Positions 12,042-26,539 of a DNA stretch of 64,000 nt are shown here, piece after piece. How positions within the stretch are numbered: the first letter of the stretch is position 1; each line of letters opens with the position of its first letter. Source of the stretch: Isurus oxyrinchus (Eukaryota); assembly GCA_026770705.1 (NCBI GenBank), contig JANJGN010000042.1, forward strand, positions 1,736,001 to 1,800,000. Reading direction: 5' to 3'. The position numbers and the translations under genes were made by a program. The notes under the pieces are model-generated. The model ran no database searches. It saw only the letters and a program-made list of their open reading frames with translations, and was not told where the DNA came from.

Positions 12042-13189
12042 TAACAATAAAATTCAACATGAGTCATAATTTGTGTTCCATCCATTGCTGCTTTTGTTTA
12101 TCTCACACAAAAGTTTTGTCTCCCGGAAGCAGCGTCATTTTCTTTGAGTCCCTTTTCCTCCGTGTGAATTTAACAATGTATAAAGAACGTTGCCTGCTCC
12201 CTGTTAGTTTTTAGATGTCTTCCTCGTGCGAGCAGGGGCCTGGTACATCCACACCAGACGCCAGGGCCTTGGAAATCCATGTAGGAGACAGAGAGTCCGG
12301 CTTAGATCTGATATTGGATACCAAAATTTAACAATTTAACGTAGGAACCTCAATGTTATTGCTTTGTGTGGTTTATACCTTATAGGTAAAAGGCGTTCTG
12401 AAACGGTAACAAATGCTGCTCCCATGCATTGTTCTCAACTCACTAGTCACCGCTTCACACTCGCTAACCCTTGTCATTAAACATAGGAATAAGGGGCAGG
12501 AAAAAATGAACAACAGTAATTCGCCTTCTACACTTTCAACCGGACAATTACGATGACATTTCCAGTATTATCAAACAGCATAAATCGAGTCTAACTACAG
12601 TGTCTTATTTTCAACGGGCATCAATCGTGAACAACAGAATTATTAAAAATCACTCATCAAATGTAATGGCAAATTCAGAATTTTATGGCCCCTCTCGGCG
12701 GCGAGATTTTTTGGTTCTGCCAAAGCCAATGAGCTTTTGAATGACTCGTCACACTTTACAGCACTGCCGCTCCCCACTGACCATGCACAAACACATTTCT
12801 TACCATCCTGATAGCCACAAAATCTCACGCCAGAGAAGTTATTGGCTGCTCATTGCAACAGATCATTATCCCAATCTCGGGTGAGTACTGCACATGCGCT
12901 TGGGGTATGGCAGTTCTCCTGCTCCCCAAATGCAAAATGCGGCACAGGTCTCAATATTTGTCACTGTTGCCAGCGGAAGATCGTGAGTAAGGAAGTAATT
13001 ATTTGTTATACCTCGAAAGGTCTTTCAATGTCGAGGTGGAAACTGATCCATTAGCCTTCGCTTTATATGCCCTTTGTCCAGATTATTAAATAACCCCAGA
13101 TGTGATCAACATCATTAGTAAGAACATAATTGAAATTCTGCTGCTACTTGAAATTTCACGCATCTGTCAGCAATTGAAATGCACGACTG

Positions 13190-13590
13190 AGTCACTCGCC
13201 AACTACATATCATTTGAAAGGTTTTTCCTACGTCTACCTCTTGAACATAACGGACTGTGAGAAGAAGAAACAACTGTTAACATCTTCCCTAATCCATGCA
13301 GCATGTGAACGACTTCTTCTCAGTGGGAATGTATCGATTAATGTGCAGGCAGGCTGAGGAAGCGAGTCCCGTCCTACAGTGTCCTCATTTGCAATGTTTC
13401 GCAGTATACCGCATCCTTGTGCTACTGACGTTGGATGATTTGTTGAAACTTCGTCCAGTCATTGAAAACGTGCAAGACCTCTCCCCACTGTGAATGGTGC
13501 GATGCGTTTATTTATTCATGCTGTGCTAACTAGTTAAAATGTTGTCCACATCCATTGCATTGGAGCACTCTCTGTCCAGTGTGCATCACA
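13190..13590 (-). pseudogene. Decayed C2H2 zinc-finger array remnant
   Basis: Minus strand reads HRTIHSGER near 13478-13504, with further degenerate linker/CxxC traces nearby; many stops. Confidence 0.55.
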
Positions 13591-14019
13591 TTCTTTTTGC
13601 TGTCACACTATTGAAATATAGTCATACTTACTATACTGGCGACCATTTTTCCAATCTGCTTGGTGCTGTTCTACGCCTCCTTGGTCCCTTCTCGCTGCTT
13701 TGCAGAAATTGCTGACTATAGCTGGTTTCTGGTTTCAGTTATGCATTTACCAGTGCAATTTTGGATCCTATCCCGAAGTTGTTGACCCATAGCAAAAGAA
13801 GAAGGATATTCTGGTCCGAGAATCTTCCCTGTCCTTCAATTAGTGCATTGCTAATATGCAGAATGTCTCCATTTGGACACCTTAGTTTAAAGCAGTTGGT
13901 ACCAAATCCTATCAATCTCAGTTTTGATATTTTCAATTGAACCCTAGTCTCTATATCTCGTTGGTAGACAATTGCCTTGGTGTATGTTGGAATAGTGCTC
14001 AGGTTCATGGTTTAGTAAA

Positions 14020-14310
14020 TCTGAAGGCAAGGTTAGTGATTCAGGGACGAAAATCTATATCCCACCACGTCAACTGATGAACATAAATTCAGTTCACGAA
14101 AGTAAGCTGAAAATTAAAAAAGAGCAATTATGAATGATGACCATGAAACTACAGAATTCTCATGAATTAGCACAGTCCGTTTCATTCATTTACTTTCATG
14201 AAGGAATTCAGTTGTCTTTCCCAAGTTTGGCCTCTATGTGACGCTACGCCCAGGGAGATGCAGTGGAGTGACAACTTCCCCCTTAACTGGCCTAGCAAGC
14301 GGGAGAAAAT
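14020..14310 (+). mobile_element. SINE fragment (family also at 24090, 41210, 45400, 45640; minus-strand copies at 38555 and 39000)
   Basis: Shared core gatgaccatgaaacta...gaaggaa(a)tctgccgtcctt...tctggcc...gtgactc. Confidence 0.6.
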
Positions 14311-15749
14311 ATTTGAAAATAGAACCGATGGAACACCCGGCATCGAGCTAAGCACCAGAAACAACAAAAAGACAGTCAGCTCTGTCGATCCTGTAAAGTC
14401 TTCTTCACACACATGCGGATGCATGAGATCTGCCCCAGAGAGCATTCAGGCAACAGGCTGACATAATCATATTTTGAATTGTACCGTTCAGCCAATATTC
14501 CAGGTTTCTATCACCGTTCAGAGTTAGGTTCGGCCATACCACGGAAAAAAAAATCTTAAAATGTTGGGCGTTTTTGTCCGCAACTAGAAAGTGACCTGCA
14601 CCAAACTGGCCCAATGACAATTAAATAATGATTAAGTTCAAATACCTCTTTGATGTTTATTTAGAACAATTAGATCTCCTGACATTAAATAAACTTGTTA
14701 TCTTTAAAAGAGCCGAACCTTTCCACTCAAAATGAATGTCCATATTGATTGGTTAGTTTCTCTGTCATTATCAAACAACCTACCAGTTCCGTTTGCATAT
14801 TTGCTGTTAGTCTTGGAGCCGATGCAATTATGTTGCAGGACACCCATCACAAAACATGTGTCACACTTTGTTACAAATACATAAGTATTTTTTATAAACG
14901 AGAGTTCTGGCGACGGAACAAGAAGCTGAAACTTAAAATAAAAAGTAATTATCCTCTTGGTTGGATTTGTGCATTTTGAGAAATTGCTATTAAAGTGGAG
15001 GTTTGGTTAGCAGTTACATGTAACAATTGTGTTTCACCTCTGAGACGACACATAAACAACAATGCCCGATATCTAGCTTAGTAAACTTACAGATCGACTT
15101 CCATTTCAAAGTATTTTCTTAATTACATGTTCATTTGAACTTTGTGAAATTAAGAAGACTTAATGATTTAAATTAGTGTGTTTTCTATGATCGGCTGGAA
15201 TCTACAAAACAGGGATTGGAAATTATATGTAGAAAAGCAAACACAGGTTAATAAATCAATGAAATAGAATTGCTCTGTTTTAAGCCACACCTTCATCCGT
15301 ATCTCATCTCGGTTAAATGATGTGCTTGAATCCCTGATTACTGTAATTTTTACACTTAAGGTATTTGAACAAAGCGTTGGTTGTAAAAAGTTATACTGTA
15401 ATTAAGCCATTAGAGCCAGTAATCACAAGCTGAAAAAGATGAAAGTAATTCAAAGGCAATAATGTAACATGGAAAGAAATCTGAAAATCTCATAAAGAAA
15501 CAAAAAGAAAAAACGCTGGAAGTTATCAATCGCATCACCAGCTCCTGGACAAAAACATACTCACCGAACTGGGTACAATACACAGGGGCCTGTGACTGTG
15601 CAGAGTCTATTTTAAAATAATTATGTATAAATAACATTTAAAGCAGCGGTAATATGATGCTTTTCTAGTAAACTTCTAAATAATCCCTTGCGGAGCTCTG
15701 ACGAATGTTCCCTGCAGAGAGCGCATTGTTCAATTTATGGGTGAATCAA

Positions 15750-16000
15750 CATTATTTTTAGGGGACAGTGAAGATTGCATTCAGGGGACGTTAATGATTG
15801 AACTTGGGAGAAGATAATCATTGTAGTTAGGGGACATTCAAGGATTGTATTTAGCAGCCAGTGATCATTATGGTTATGGTACAGTGTTCATTGTTTTAGG
15901 GGACAGTGAAAATTGTATTGGGGACAGAGATCATTCCATTTACAGGGCAGAGAGCATTGTATTTAGGGTCAGAGCAGACTATATTCAGGGAGCCATTGTC
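15750..16000. repeat. Degenerate minisatellite, ~23-bp unit (ggggacagtgatcattgtattta)
   Basis: Repeated ggggacag...attgta units. Confidence 0.7.
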
Positions 16001-17150
16001 ATTCGCACCGAACTTCCGAATTCGGTATGTGGGGGTGGGAGGGGTTGTGCACGGGGAGTGCCCAGAAGATGCTCCCGGGGCCCCTACAGGAATTTCTCAT
16101 GTAAACATTACACAGATATTGCACAGGAACTTCAAACTTCCGATGGGAAATTATCCTGGATGCCTTGGAATCATCAGGAAATCAAATTTAAATTGCAGAA
16201 CATACGTAGCTCCACCACTCTGAGCAGAATAGGTATCCAGGAAAAGTTAGGGGATTTGAAATAATTTCCTACTTTCCGATTCCCCACTTGACCCCCAATA
16301 TTCCCCTCCACCATTCCTCACTCGGTTGCCCTGATTATCCTCCTGACAGCCCGACTACCTTCCTACCCCGGACTACAACCCCATCCCCCTGAATAACCCG
16401 ACTAAAAAAACACCACCCGATTATTCCTCCCTCCACAAATCGTCTCGCCCACGCCTCGACTGAAACCCGCAGACACAAAATACCCCTGGACTAATTCTAC
16501 CCCCTCCGACCCATCCTACCTACTCCACCTATCCTAATCCCAAAGTATCCTATTCCCCGGAACGATGCTACCACCCTACCCTTCCTATCCCATTCCACCT
16601 ACCCTAAACCCGGGACCATCCTATGCCCCTGACCCATCCTGCCCCACTCAACTCATCCAACCAGGCAGCCACAGATTACATCACTGAACCATCCTACCAT
16701 ACTCCACCATTCTACCCCTGATCCATCCATCCCGAATGGCACACCCAACCCCACTCGCCCCGTCCTACCTCCAACCCATCATACAGCACTCCAAGTATCC
16801 TACCCTGAAGCACCCAATTCTCCTAGCCCAACCTACTCCCCTCAACTCATCCTGCCTCCAAGGACTATCCTACAGTCTGGACTATTCTAACCCACTCGAC
16901 CTATACTACCCACTCTACATCCCCAACCCAGCAGACAGCCTGAACCAGCCAACCCGCCCGAAGATTTATGCCCCGAGCTATCCTGCCCCACTTGAACTGG
17001 ACTACAAGCCCGACCATTCCTCAACTGCCGACGAAACCTACTCCTGACACAAGTTACACTACGTCAACTGTTCACAACACCTTACACATTCTGTCAGTTC
17101 AAAGCATCCTACCTCACGCTGGCTTTTCTAATCCTGATCTACTCTTCCCC
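16000..17150 (+). repeat. Interspersed element with C-rich low-complexity tail, copy a
   Basis: Head motifs ttcaaacttccga and gcagaataggtatccagga are shared with 20570-21400 (-) and, for the first motif, 21400-22090 (+). Confidence 0.65.
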
Positions 17151-17157
17151 TGACACA

Positions 17158-17800
17158 TCCATTGACTAGAAACTGAACTGGGTTAGCCATCTAAACACTG
17201 TGGCTACAAGAGCAGGTAAGAGGCTAGGCATCCTGCGTCGATTAACTCACCTCCTGATTCCCCAAAGCGTGCCCACCACCTACTTGGTGCAAGTCAAAAG
17301 TGGAATTAAGTACTTCCCACTTGCCTGGAGGAGTGCTGCTCCAACAACGCTCACGAAGCTTGAGACCATCCAGGACAAAGCAACCCGTGGGATTGACCCC
17401 CCATGCACAAATATTCACTCCCTCCACCACCGGTGCACAGTGGCAGCACTATTTGTCATCTACAAGTTGCAATGCAGGAATTCACTTTAGACAGCACCTT
17501 CCAAACTTCCGGCCACTACCTTCTTGAATGACAAGGGCAGCAGATATATGGGAACTCCAACAACTGGAATTTCCCCTCCAAGTCACTCATCATACTGACC
17601 TGGAAATATGTCGCTGTTCCTTCAATGTCCCTGGGTCAATATCCTGGAACTCCCTCCCTAACAGAAACATAGGTGTACCAACACTACATGGACCATAGCA
17701 GTTCAAGAAAGCAGCTCATTAACACCATGTTCTCAAGGGCAATTACGGGTGAGCATTAAATACTGACTGGACCTGGGACACCCATATCCCTGAATGAATA
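17158..17800 (+). mobile_element. CR1/L2-group LINE 3' end
   Basis: ORF2 C-terminal peptide ATRAGKRLGILRR...PLAW...IQDKA...NIHSLHHR, with a conserved 3' tail ending gaatgaataaa. Multicopy in this window. Confidence 0.85.
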
Positions 17801-20569
17801 AAGATACTGTTACAGAAGCATCACTTTACCCTTTGACTTTTTAACTGATATTGTGCCTAATTGTGACGAAGTACTGATATCAGATTCTAACATTGACGGA
17901 GTAAATGATGCTTTGGTCAGTTACGTTGAATGACCACATGTGTTGGGCTCCATATCCTCTTCCAAGTAATTGACCAATTTCCTTTTGAGGGATTTTCTGC
18001 GGAGTGCTCGCACAGATTACCTGAATAAACAAACTTTCCTGATGGAAAGACACGAAGAGTTGGGCTTGTGATTCTTATACAGTTTTCGACATATGCAGTG
18101 TTTACTTGTGCAATTGAATTCATACCAAAGAGCCAAAAGTCGTTTTTTTCTGATCAAGAGGGTTTTCGTTACTCTGAATGGATATGCACAATGTAAATCT
18201 ATTTACTGTACCGTGAACTGAGGCTGTAACAGAAAAGGAGAAAAGCTTTGCTACAGCTGTACAAATCCCTGGTTAGATTACATGCTGGATTACTTGTATA
18301 GTTCTGGGAACAGAACATTAGAAATGATAAACATTGGTCTGGAAACAGGCCGGCACTGATCTACCAGAATGCTTGGAAGGTTTTAATATTTAGACTCAGG
18401 CTCCATGCCAGTTATTACAGCAGGACAACTGTTGGTTTCCGCCTGGTGCCTCAGCTTGTAATGAATTTCAGGATGTTAGAGTCAATGTGCAGCAAATATC
18501 CAAATGTATAACTACTTTTACTCAATCGTTAGTAATACCATGCAAATTCAAACAACTATACTCAGTATCTGTACTATGATTCAATATTTAAAATCAAAGT
18601 TGTAATATTTGTATTCTCATTTTGAAATTAGGCACTCTCCACTTTGCAACACAAAATGAGTTGTAAACCTGGCGGAGTTGCACCATTTTTTGCAGCGAAG
18701 AAACAACTCCGGCCTGGAGTGTTGCTTTCAAAGGTCAGTTGTGATCGGTTGATCAGGAGTAATGTGTGTATCTGTGTAAACAGCAAGCAGAAACATCTGT
18801 CCAATTGCAACCCATATTCAGCCTTACACCACCATCTTTAGTCAGTTAACTTTTTGTGCATTGCGCATTATCAAAGCCCATCTCACCCCTTTCCTTCATT
18901 TCTAATCTCCGCCTCTATAGCTGTTCTTGACCAGTGGACACGTGAATTTTCCAAAACCTGATGCGAAATCTTAACTCTCAGCCCTCGTTTCATTCTTTCA
19001 ATCAAGACGTAATTCATGCTAGTTTTGACAATTCGCATGATATCAAGTGTTGTGACTAGCTAATCTGGTAACTCGTGTTTTCTTTTAGTTTTAGTAATAA
19101 TAATTGATGTGGGGAAGCATGGATTTGTGCAGTGGGTAAACAATAATTACAATTCACTGGATAGTCCATGTCTGCATAAAGAGGCCAGATCTGCCAGTGT
19201 GAAATCCTTAAAGAATAGGCAGCTTTTCATGGTGTGGACGTACTATCTGCAGTTGTCTTCATAAGGGGTTCAAGTAGTCATGCAGCTCCCAGATCAAAGA
19301 AGCTAAAAGTGCCAGAGAAGGCATTAGGGTTTGTGTATTAGAGAGGCCCCGGTTTTTGGGCCACATCACTTTGTTTAGGCTGATTTCCTTTTTGTGTCAT
19401 CGAGGCCCCAATGTCCCACGGGTTCTGCTCCCTCTCAAGCCTGAGGGAATACAAATTCTAGCGAAAGCTTGTAGAATTTCTGTTCAATAGTATGTCTATA
19501 TCAGATCTGCATTGGTCCCAATCTCTCAGAATCGTTCTCATGTTTTTTGCCCGGATCAGCATAAGAGGGCCGACAAGATTTTGTCTCGATGGTGCTTATG
19601 TGCCATATATTTCCCGGCCTCTAGGAATTAGCCTATGGTTGTGCCAACGGCAATGTCAGTGTTATATATCGGCTGTGCAACTGCTCTGCTTTGTAAGTGT
19701 TTAGCCGGACAGTGCGGGGGTGGGGGGGAGGGGGGTGGCGGTGGTGGCGTGGGGGGGAGGCACTTTACTCCGTGCCTAACCAGAGCTGTAGAGGCCTGGG
19801 AATATTTTATGTGATATGTAAAGAACGTATTCTTCCTCAAACATTGTGCTGCATTAACCTCTGAGGAAGAGTGCCTTTATTATTTAGAACGACCCGACGC
19901 TGACTGTGACAGATCAGAGAAGTCACTGAGCTGCTCTTCGCCATTCCATCATTCTGCTTCTGGTTTTTGTCATAAAAGGGAAGGGGTAAACATTTCTTTA
20001 CACGGGTGGGGCGTTGTGTGGTGAATCGTTCTTTGACTGAAGGGCCTCGAGTTCAAACACTTCGCAGACAGGAATCGTGATAAATACCACTCGGGAAAGG
20101 AGGAAAACGTGAAATAGGGAAAATGCAGCCATGTCGATGAAGCAAGGAGAAATGAATTCAGCAAAGTCATACTTGGTGCAATTGTCCTTCAAGATTTATT
20201 AACAAATTCAGAGCATGTTTTGTAGAAATTATTCATTTAAAAGTCACAAAAGTGAATGTATCATTTGAGCGTCACATTGAGACAACCTGATATGCTCTGA
20301 GCTGCCAACTGTAAGTAGAAGTGTAACATAGGCCAGAAAGAGAAAACAGAAATTTAGCATAAAGGGAAGGGGACAACAGCGAAAGAAAAGACATAGTTAC
20401 AAATGCAATTCAAGCTATAGTGAAATTATAAGCTAGTTATTTTAAAATAATAATTATCTCGCGAATTTCAGACAGAAAGGTGGAAATACTGTCCACGAAT
20501 GTCTCAATTACAGATTCAGAATCATAAAATGAAGATTGTCACAGCGCGGAGAGAAGGTCAGTGTGCAAG

Positions 20570-21400
20570 ACAGCAGGGTCAGGTAGTCGGGTGGTAAGTA
20601 TAGGGGTGAGGGATTAGGGTAGGTCGAGGGATATCAGGCAGTTTGAGGTTGTTGACTTTAGTGGGGGAAGGGGGCTAGACAATTGGACGGGGGGGTGGTT
20701 AGCGGGTGGGCGTTGAAGTGCGGAGTAGGCACAGTGGGGTGGGAGGGTGGGTAACGTTTGGGTTATCCGGAGGGTTGTCTGTGGTAGGGGGAGATTCGGG
20801 TGTTCGGGAGGGTAGTCGGGGGTTGGGTGTAATGGGAATGTGGGGGATTAGTTTGGGGATGGGGGTTGTCCCCGTCGTCTCGGCGGCAGTTGAATTTTCA
20901 ATGTATTGGTCAGGGTATGGGTAATTGGATTTTGGATGGTAGTCGGGGTCCTGGGGCACACTCGGGCTGTCTGGACAGTACTTGGGGTGTCCATTTCAGA
21001 GTTGCAGATCTGAATTCTGGTTACCCAGGAGCTGGAACTGGTATTAATCCTTCTCACGTTTCCTGGGTACCTATTCTGCTAAGTATGCCGGGACAATCCA
21101 ACTCCTCCAAATCTAACTCAGGGTTCTGGAATGTTCCAGATGCAGTACTAATTGCCCAAAGGATGTGGAAAATCCGGGGGAAGTTGCCGGGCAGTCCTGA
21201 AGTGGGGAGTTACATGGCATCGAACATCGTACCTCTCTGGTACCTCGGGGTCAGGCCATCTACTGGTCAGAAGATATGGGACATATTGACAATACATTCT
21301 GATCTCCGTAGGGCCGCAGCCATGAGGCACCTCAAAGATGCTGTGGGAGAAGCACAACCTCCACCATCCGCCCCCGGTCCGGAAGCCCCCATATGAGGGC
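20570..21400 (-). repeat. C-rich-tail element, copy b (inverted)
   Basis: tcctgggtacctattctgct (21061-21080) is the reverse complement of the motif in copy a; G-rich tail on the + strand. Confidence 0.65.
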
Positions 21401-22090
21401 TGCACGGGTATTGACCGTAAAATTCAAACTTCCGAAGAACATCAGGGACCATCCAAACCATCCGACACGTGGATTTTAATTGGAAACTTCAGTTCGTTAT
21501 GCCTGTCCCGGGAAAATAGTTTCCCAGGAGGAGTGAGAAGAACGAAAATCACTTCTAACTCCTGGGTCACTATAGAAATGAGAACCCCGACCCCCCACTG
21601 GAAACCTCAACTATATCTCCCACCTCCCCAACTGCCGAAGCACCCCCGCCTATCCTCTCAAACCGCTCCTGACTACGCCCCATTACCTTCCCCAACCCCT
21701 GACAATCCTCCCGCCCCCAGGCTGTCCTCCCAACAATCAACGAACCACAAGCACCCGACTGCACCGTCACCCAGTGAGGACCCAACTGACCTCACGAATA
21801 CCCCTGATAACCTGCCAAACACACTCCCAACACATCGAATATTCGTCAAGCATGACATCGACAATTTCCCTCGATTCCCCAAACACCCTGCAGACCACTG
21901 ATTACCCCATAAGCCTTCCAACTGCCTGAACAGTCCAGGGTATCACTCTAACACCTCGACCACCACCCCAACCACGCCGAATTCTCTCCTGGTATCCAAT
22001 TGTAACAACCCTGGACACACCCGATGATTGCAACACCGCCCTCCCACCCTCTCCTCCAGCGGCCCATCACCTCCATGCCCAATCCTGGAA
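21400..22090 (+). repeat. C-rich-tail element, copy c, abutting copy b head-to-head
   Basis: aattcaaacttccga head followed by a ccccgac/ctaccc-rich tail. Confidence 0.6.
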
Positions 22091-24089
22091 AATTGGATTC
22101 TGGATGTCTGATATCTAATAGCAGTAGTTTTCCTTATCCATGTTTGATTTGATGTTCTCTGATGTCATGAGATTTGATGGATTCCGCAGCAGATTTTGAG
22201 AACTCCAAAGGCCCTCCTTCCAAAATATACACCACTGTACTGGCATCACCGAAAGTTCTAGCCTGTTGGTTTATGTTGCTTCCCAACTCGATTTTTTTCC
22301 AATTATAGCATTCCAAATCATATTTTTTGCAGTAAATTCCATATCTCATGCGCTTGGCATTCCAGCTGTCTTTCCTGAATTATGTCAACTAGCCTGCACA
22401 CAGTTTTCTCCATATCCATGTCTTGCACTATCGGCAAAGCTTAAATTTTTACCCTTTGTTCCCGTGTCCATATGTCTAACAGATATCAGAAATGACAATT
22501 GACTGAACACCAATACTTGTGGGACACTGTGTTAACTTGCTTCACGATGCAAAACCATCGGGACCCACGAATACCATCCCGTCTATTACTTCAGAGAAAA
22601 GTTCCGTCAAGTTTCTCTATTTTGCCTTATTACAAATCCATGTTAGCTGTCGGTTATTAACCGAAAATCTTCCAATTCACCATTAAAATTGCCCCGATTC
22701 TGCTCACTGGACATTCACCTGGCGGCAATGTTACGCTGACTGATTGTAATGCAGCAATGATTTTCACACAGGATAGGAAATGTCTCTGTGGTGAATTTGT
22801 AAGGGGGCTTCTAGATTGTCACGTGACATTCAATGTCAACATGCTTCATTAACATTCAACATCATAACGTGAGAAACGTGTAACTTTTAAAGATATTGTA
22901 AGATATCATGGGGGTAATGTTTCCTGTTGAATAAGTTTTTAAAAAATCTAGTTTGTAAAGGAGAACATGAAAAAATAACGACTGATCTTATTGGGAATTA
23001 CAATGGATTAATTAATGCAACGGAAATAACGAGACAACCCGACTAATAAATTCATCAAATTCTTTCTGTACCTTCCTTTCGAAAGACGAATGTGCTCCTG
23101 AGCAGTGTCAGTGTAATCCAGCATCCACCCAAAATGAAAACGAATGGAACGTCTCGCCAATCAGCTCAAATTGCCGAGTTGTAGGCCCCTACTGCATTAC
23201 AAAGCAACACTGCAGCACCAACATCCTGTTGTTCTCTGGAATCCATTAAGTTTCAACTAAACTCGATTGTGTTTCACGCTATGCACACCCCAAAATCCTG
23301 CCCACCAGATCATTGATAAATGGATCTATTGAGTATTGCGAGAAGATCGAGTGAGTTTGTTAATACTGGTTCATACAATGCAATGGCAACTCCTGCCTCT
23401 GTCAAGGAGCATTAAGGAGTCTGGCTCCAATTCAACAGATTGCATTTGGCAGAGCTTCACCTCTTCATAGCCGACACTGCATTTCAGCTGTAACGTTGCT
23501 GGTCCAGAGGCATCGCAACCGCTGGCCCCGCTATAGCCTTTCCATGGACACATCATCAGATCTGCTGCCTCTCCTTACAGTCTGCAGAACAGTCATCTGG
23601 GAAATCCAGAAACCAACCACAAGGCCTCCAAAAACAAGCCTTAATAACACCAAATAGTTTGTGAGAGGAGAACTCCTCCAAATTAAATTCCATGATATTA
23701 AGGTGCCAAGCCCATCGTGAAACATTGGTGGAGGGTCAGTTTTGCAGAACTAGAGTTTCTGTTTGCCGAATGATGTATTAATGCGTTTTCCAGTCCACAT
23801 TTGGTATACTGCCATCACCTCAGTCGTCAGGATGTGTGACTTCAGTGTAACATCAATTCACCTCTTCCAGGCAAATACGGGGGATACTCCCACAGGCCTC
23901 TTTCACAAATGGAATTCTGGGTCATGGTAGAAGGTGCCTCAGCAAACCACAGCTAAACCTTGGTACCACTGCTGCAAGTAAGTTCGCGCCCCGAATATTG
24001 AAGCTATCAACTGACATTTTAGTTGATCACGTCTGGGCCAGTTGTCGAATAACTGTTAAGATAAATTGGTAGGACCGGTTAACTACTGA

Positions 24090-24375
24090 TGGGAGGTGGT
24101 GGTGTAGCAGCATTATGACCAGGTTAACATTGCATAAGGCCCAATCTAATTCTCTGGGGACCGAAGTTCACATCCCACCATGGAAGGTTGAGCAATTTGA
24201 ATTCAATAAAAATCTTTAATTAAGCGTCTGATGATGATCATGAAACCATTGCTAATTGCTGTAAAAGCCCATTTGGTTTAATTATTTCCTGCAGGAAAGA
24301 GCATCTGCTGTCTGGCCTCTACGTGACTCTTAAATGCTCTCTGAACAAGAGCATTTAGCGATTGAACGAATAAAA
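24090..24375 (+). mobile_element. SINE with tRNA-like head
   Basis: ggtggtggtgtag...gttcacatcccacca head plus the shared SINE core. Confidence 0.6.
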
Positions 24376-24539
24376 AAATCCCTTCTACCTTTATCAACGT
24401 GGCTAACAGGACAGCTGGAAACGAAATCAGCTGAAGATTTATAAATGATAAATGAAGATAATGTCCTTATGCAGTTTTATAACGTTTTTAAAAATTATTT
24501 TGTTGGTCATTTTTGGGGCCCCTTTCGAGATGGGACTCT

Positions 24540-24990
24540 TCCCAATTGGCCAACGGAAAGTGCAGAAGATGAATTGATGGTGTTTTGCCATTGCAATCTC
24601 CCAGTCCGCTGTTTGTATATTTAGGGTCTCAGGTGTTTGCTGTAAAGCGGTGCTTGGTCAGTGGAGAACAATTCCTGAGGATAGTATGTGCATCCATTTC
24701 GAAGCGTATCCAACCATCAAGATCAGAATCATTACTGGGGCAGGACGTGGGGAGATTGTAGTTGCTTTATCTACAGTTCATCTTGGAATGTGGTAACGAA
24801 TCAGATATATGACACTTTGCCGTCCACATGAACGTAGAGATACTACGAGGACTACAAGGACCCTGGATTCTGATGGGAATAAGACAGACCACAGAAAATA
24901 TGGGGAAGAGAACATTTAACTACCAGAGAACAGATACTGACACTTAATTGTGCTCGGATGTATTGCGCCTTTAACAGTCTTATTTTCAAA
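24540..24990 (-). mobile_element. Possible RTE-type LINE 3' fragment
   Basis: Very degenerate match to the RTE C-terminal RW.GH..R..D.RLP region. Confidence 0.3.
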
Positions 24991-25089
24991 CTGAGTGACT
25001 GTTAACTAGAATGGAAAACAATGCGTGGCATCGACAAGAAGGGGAAAGGATGGAATCTTGTGTACAGTTGAAGTTGGATTCTGCTGTCC

Positions 25090-26000
25090 TTATCGTCCAA
25101 ATAATTTAACAATTTCAAGTAGTGGATATTTCACCCCATTCTTTAACTCTTCTCTGAATTTACTCTGGGTCCCTGCATAAATAAACGGGTTGACGCAGGA
25201 ACTCAAAAACTGAAGCATATATGCTTTTTCCTCAAGAATGAATGTTGAAAGATTGATTTCAGAGCTTGAAAAGTATTTAACATTTCCAATTTGCACATAG
25301 AGGAAAGTTATAAAAAGTAACAAGTATAACAGGATGAAACTTCCCGATACACAGAAGAGTAAAATGATGGACATTGTCCGCTTCTCCATCTCAGGGTCAC
25401 GCTGATTGTCTCCATTTCTCCGGGTCTGGTGTCTCCTGCGAGCTCTACTGGCTGCGAGAATGTGTCTAACTGTCAGGACCTTGAGCAGTAAAATCAGAAT
25501 GAATGGGAGACAAGGAGTTAAAATGTGATGAATGCAGTCATAGGTGATCCGTGCAAGTGAGGTATAAAATATCACTTTTACATCGCAGCACCAGGGCACA
25601 TTGTCAATTATGTACAAAGATTCGTATATAAAATACTGGAAGGTGTTTTTGACACAGCTGATTGTGCAGATTGTCCCTATAACCCGTGCCACCGTTTTTT
25701 TGGAACAACATTTTATTTTCAGCTTCTGGCAACAAATGGCCACAAATCGATCAAAGGTGAAAGCTGTAGTTAACCAGGCAGAGCTGTCTATGGCTGAATA
25801 TATTAGGGCTTCACTGAGACTGCATACTGGTGTGATTGACAGGAAACTGAGTGGGAAATAAATACCAGCAATCCGGTTCAATATCACAGCGGTTATAATG
25901 AGCAGGAGATCTGTCACCGCCAGGGATTGTAAATAATAGATTATACAGGTGGAGAGGCCGCATTTCCCTCGAGAAAGGATCACAATCACCGCCAGGTTAG
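25090..26000 (-). CDS. GPR139/GPR142-like GPCR, copy 2, exon 2 (911 nt, open frame); exon 1 not found
   Basis: Acceptor (ct)n-ttattgcag|CT AAC CTG; intact frame with LAVTDL, FTFDRFVAICC, NPFIY. Same length as exon 2 of copy 1. Confidence 0.88.
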
Positions 26001-26539
26001 CTGCAATAAAGAGAGAGAGAGAAAGAGAGAAGGTGGAAAGATACTAAGTTTGTGTGTGTGTGAGTTTGGGAGAGAATGAATACAGGAAGGTTACTGCTCA
26101 AACTATAAACAAATCAACAATTGTGTAGGATTCTGCATGAATTTGTACCTTTAAGATGTCGTCCCCAGTTGCGCAATTGCAATTGGCAAGTGATTCAGCT
26201 TTGAAAATTGAAATCTTAATTCAATATAGGGCAGGTCAAATAGTTTAACAAAAACTAATGGAGAACAAAAGACATCGTTAACACAGAGAAACCAACATAG
26301 AATTTTTGTATAAGCAACAAGAAAGTGTACGCATCTGCAAGGCATTGCAGGAAATAATGACTAAGGTAAGTAACAAGACAAGCAACAAGAAGTGTGGAAA
26401 CTAACAAGGGCGCGGATTATATCTCACTGAGGATCAATATAGTTCCTTTTTCTATATAATAATTGGCAATAATTATTGAAAACTATTCGTTGTTGTGAAC
26501 TTAGGGAATTAAACCTGCTTCTAAATATCGACATACAGC

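Noticed and set aside
15565-15606. Possible 42-nt minus-strand phase-1 exon (DSAQSQAPVYCTQF) with donor gtgagt
   Set aside because: Poor acceptor and no partner exons or recognisable homology.
19962-20010. Perfect reverse nonamer GGTTTTTGT as a possible J-segment RSS
   Set aside because: No CACTGTG-like heptamer at 12 or 23 bp, and no FGxG motif follows.
20699-21921. Pro-rich and Gly-rich ORFs up to 187 aa
   Set aside because: By-products of the C/G-rich low-complexity repeat.
22950-24080. Possible decayed L1/Tx1-type element (similar impression at 19000-19700 and 37700-38330)
   Set aside because: No diagnostic motif readable by eye; left unannotated.
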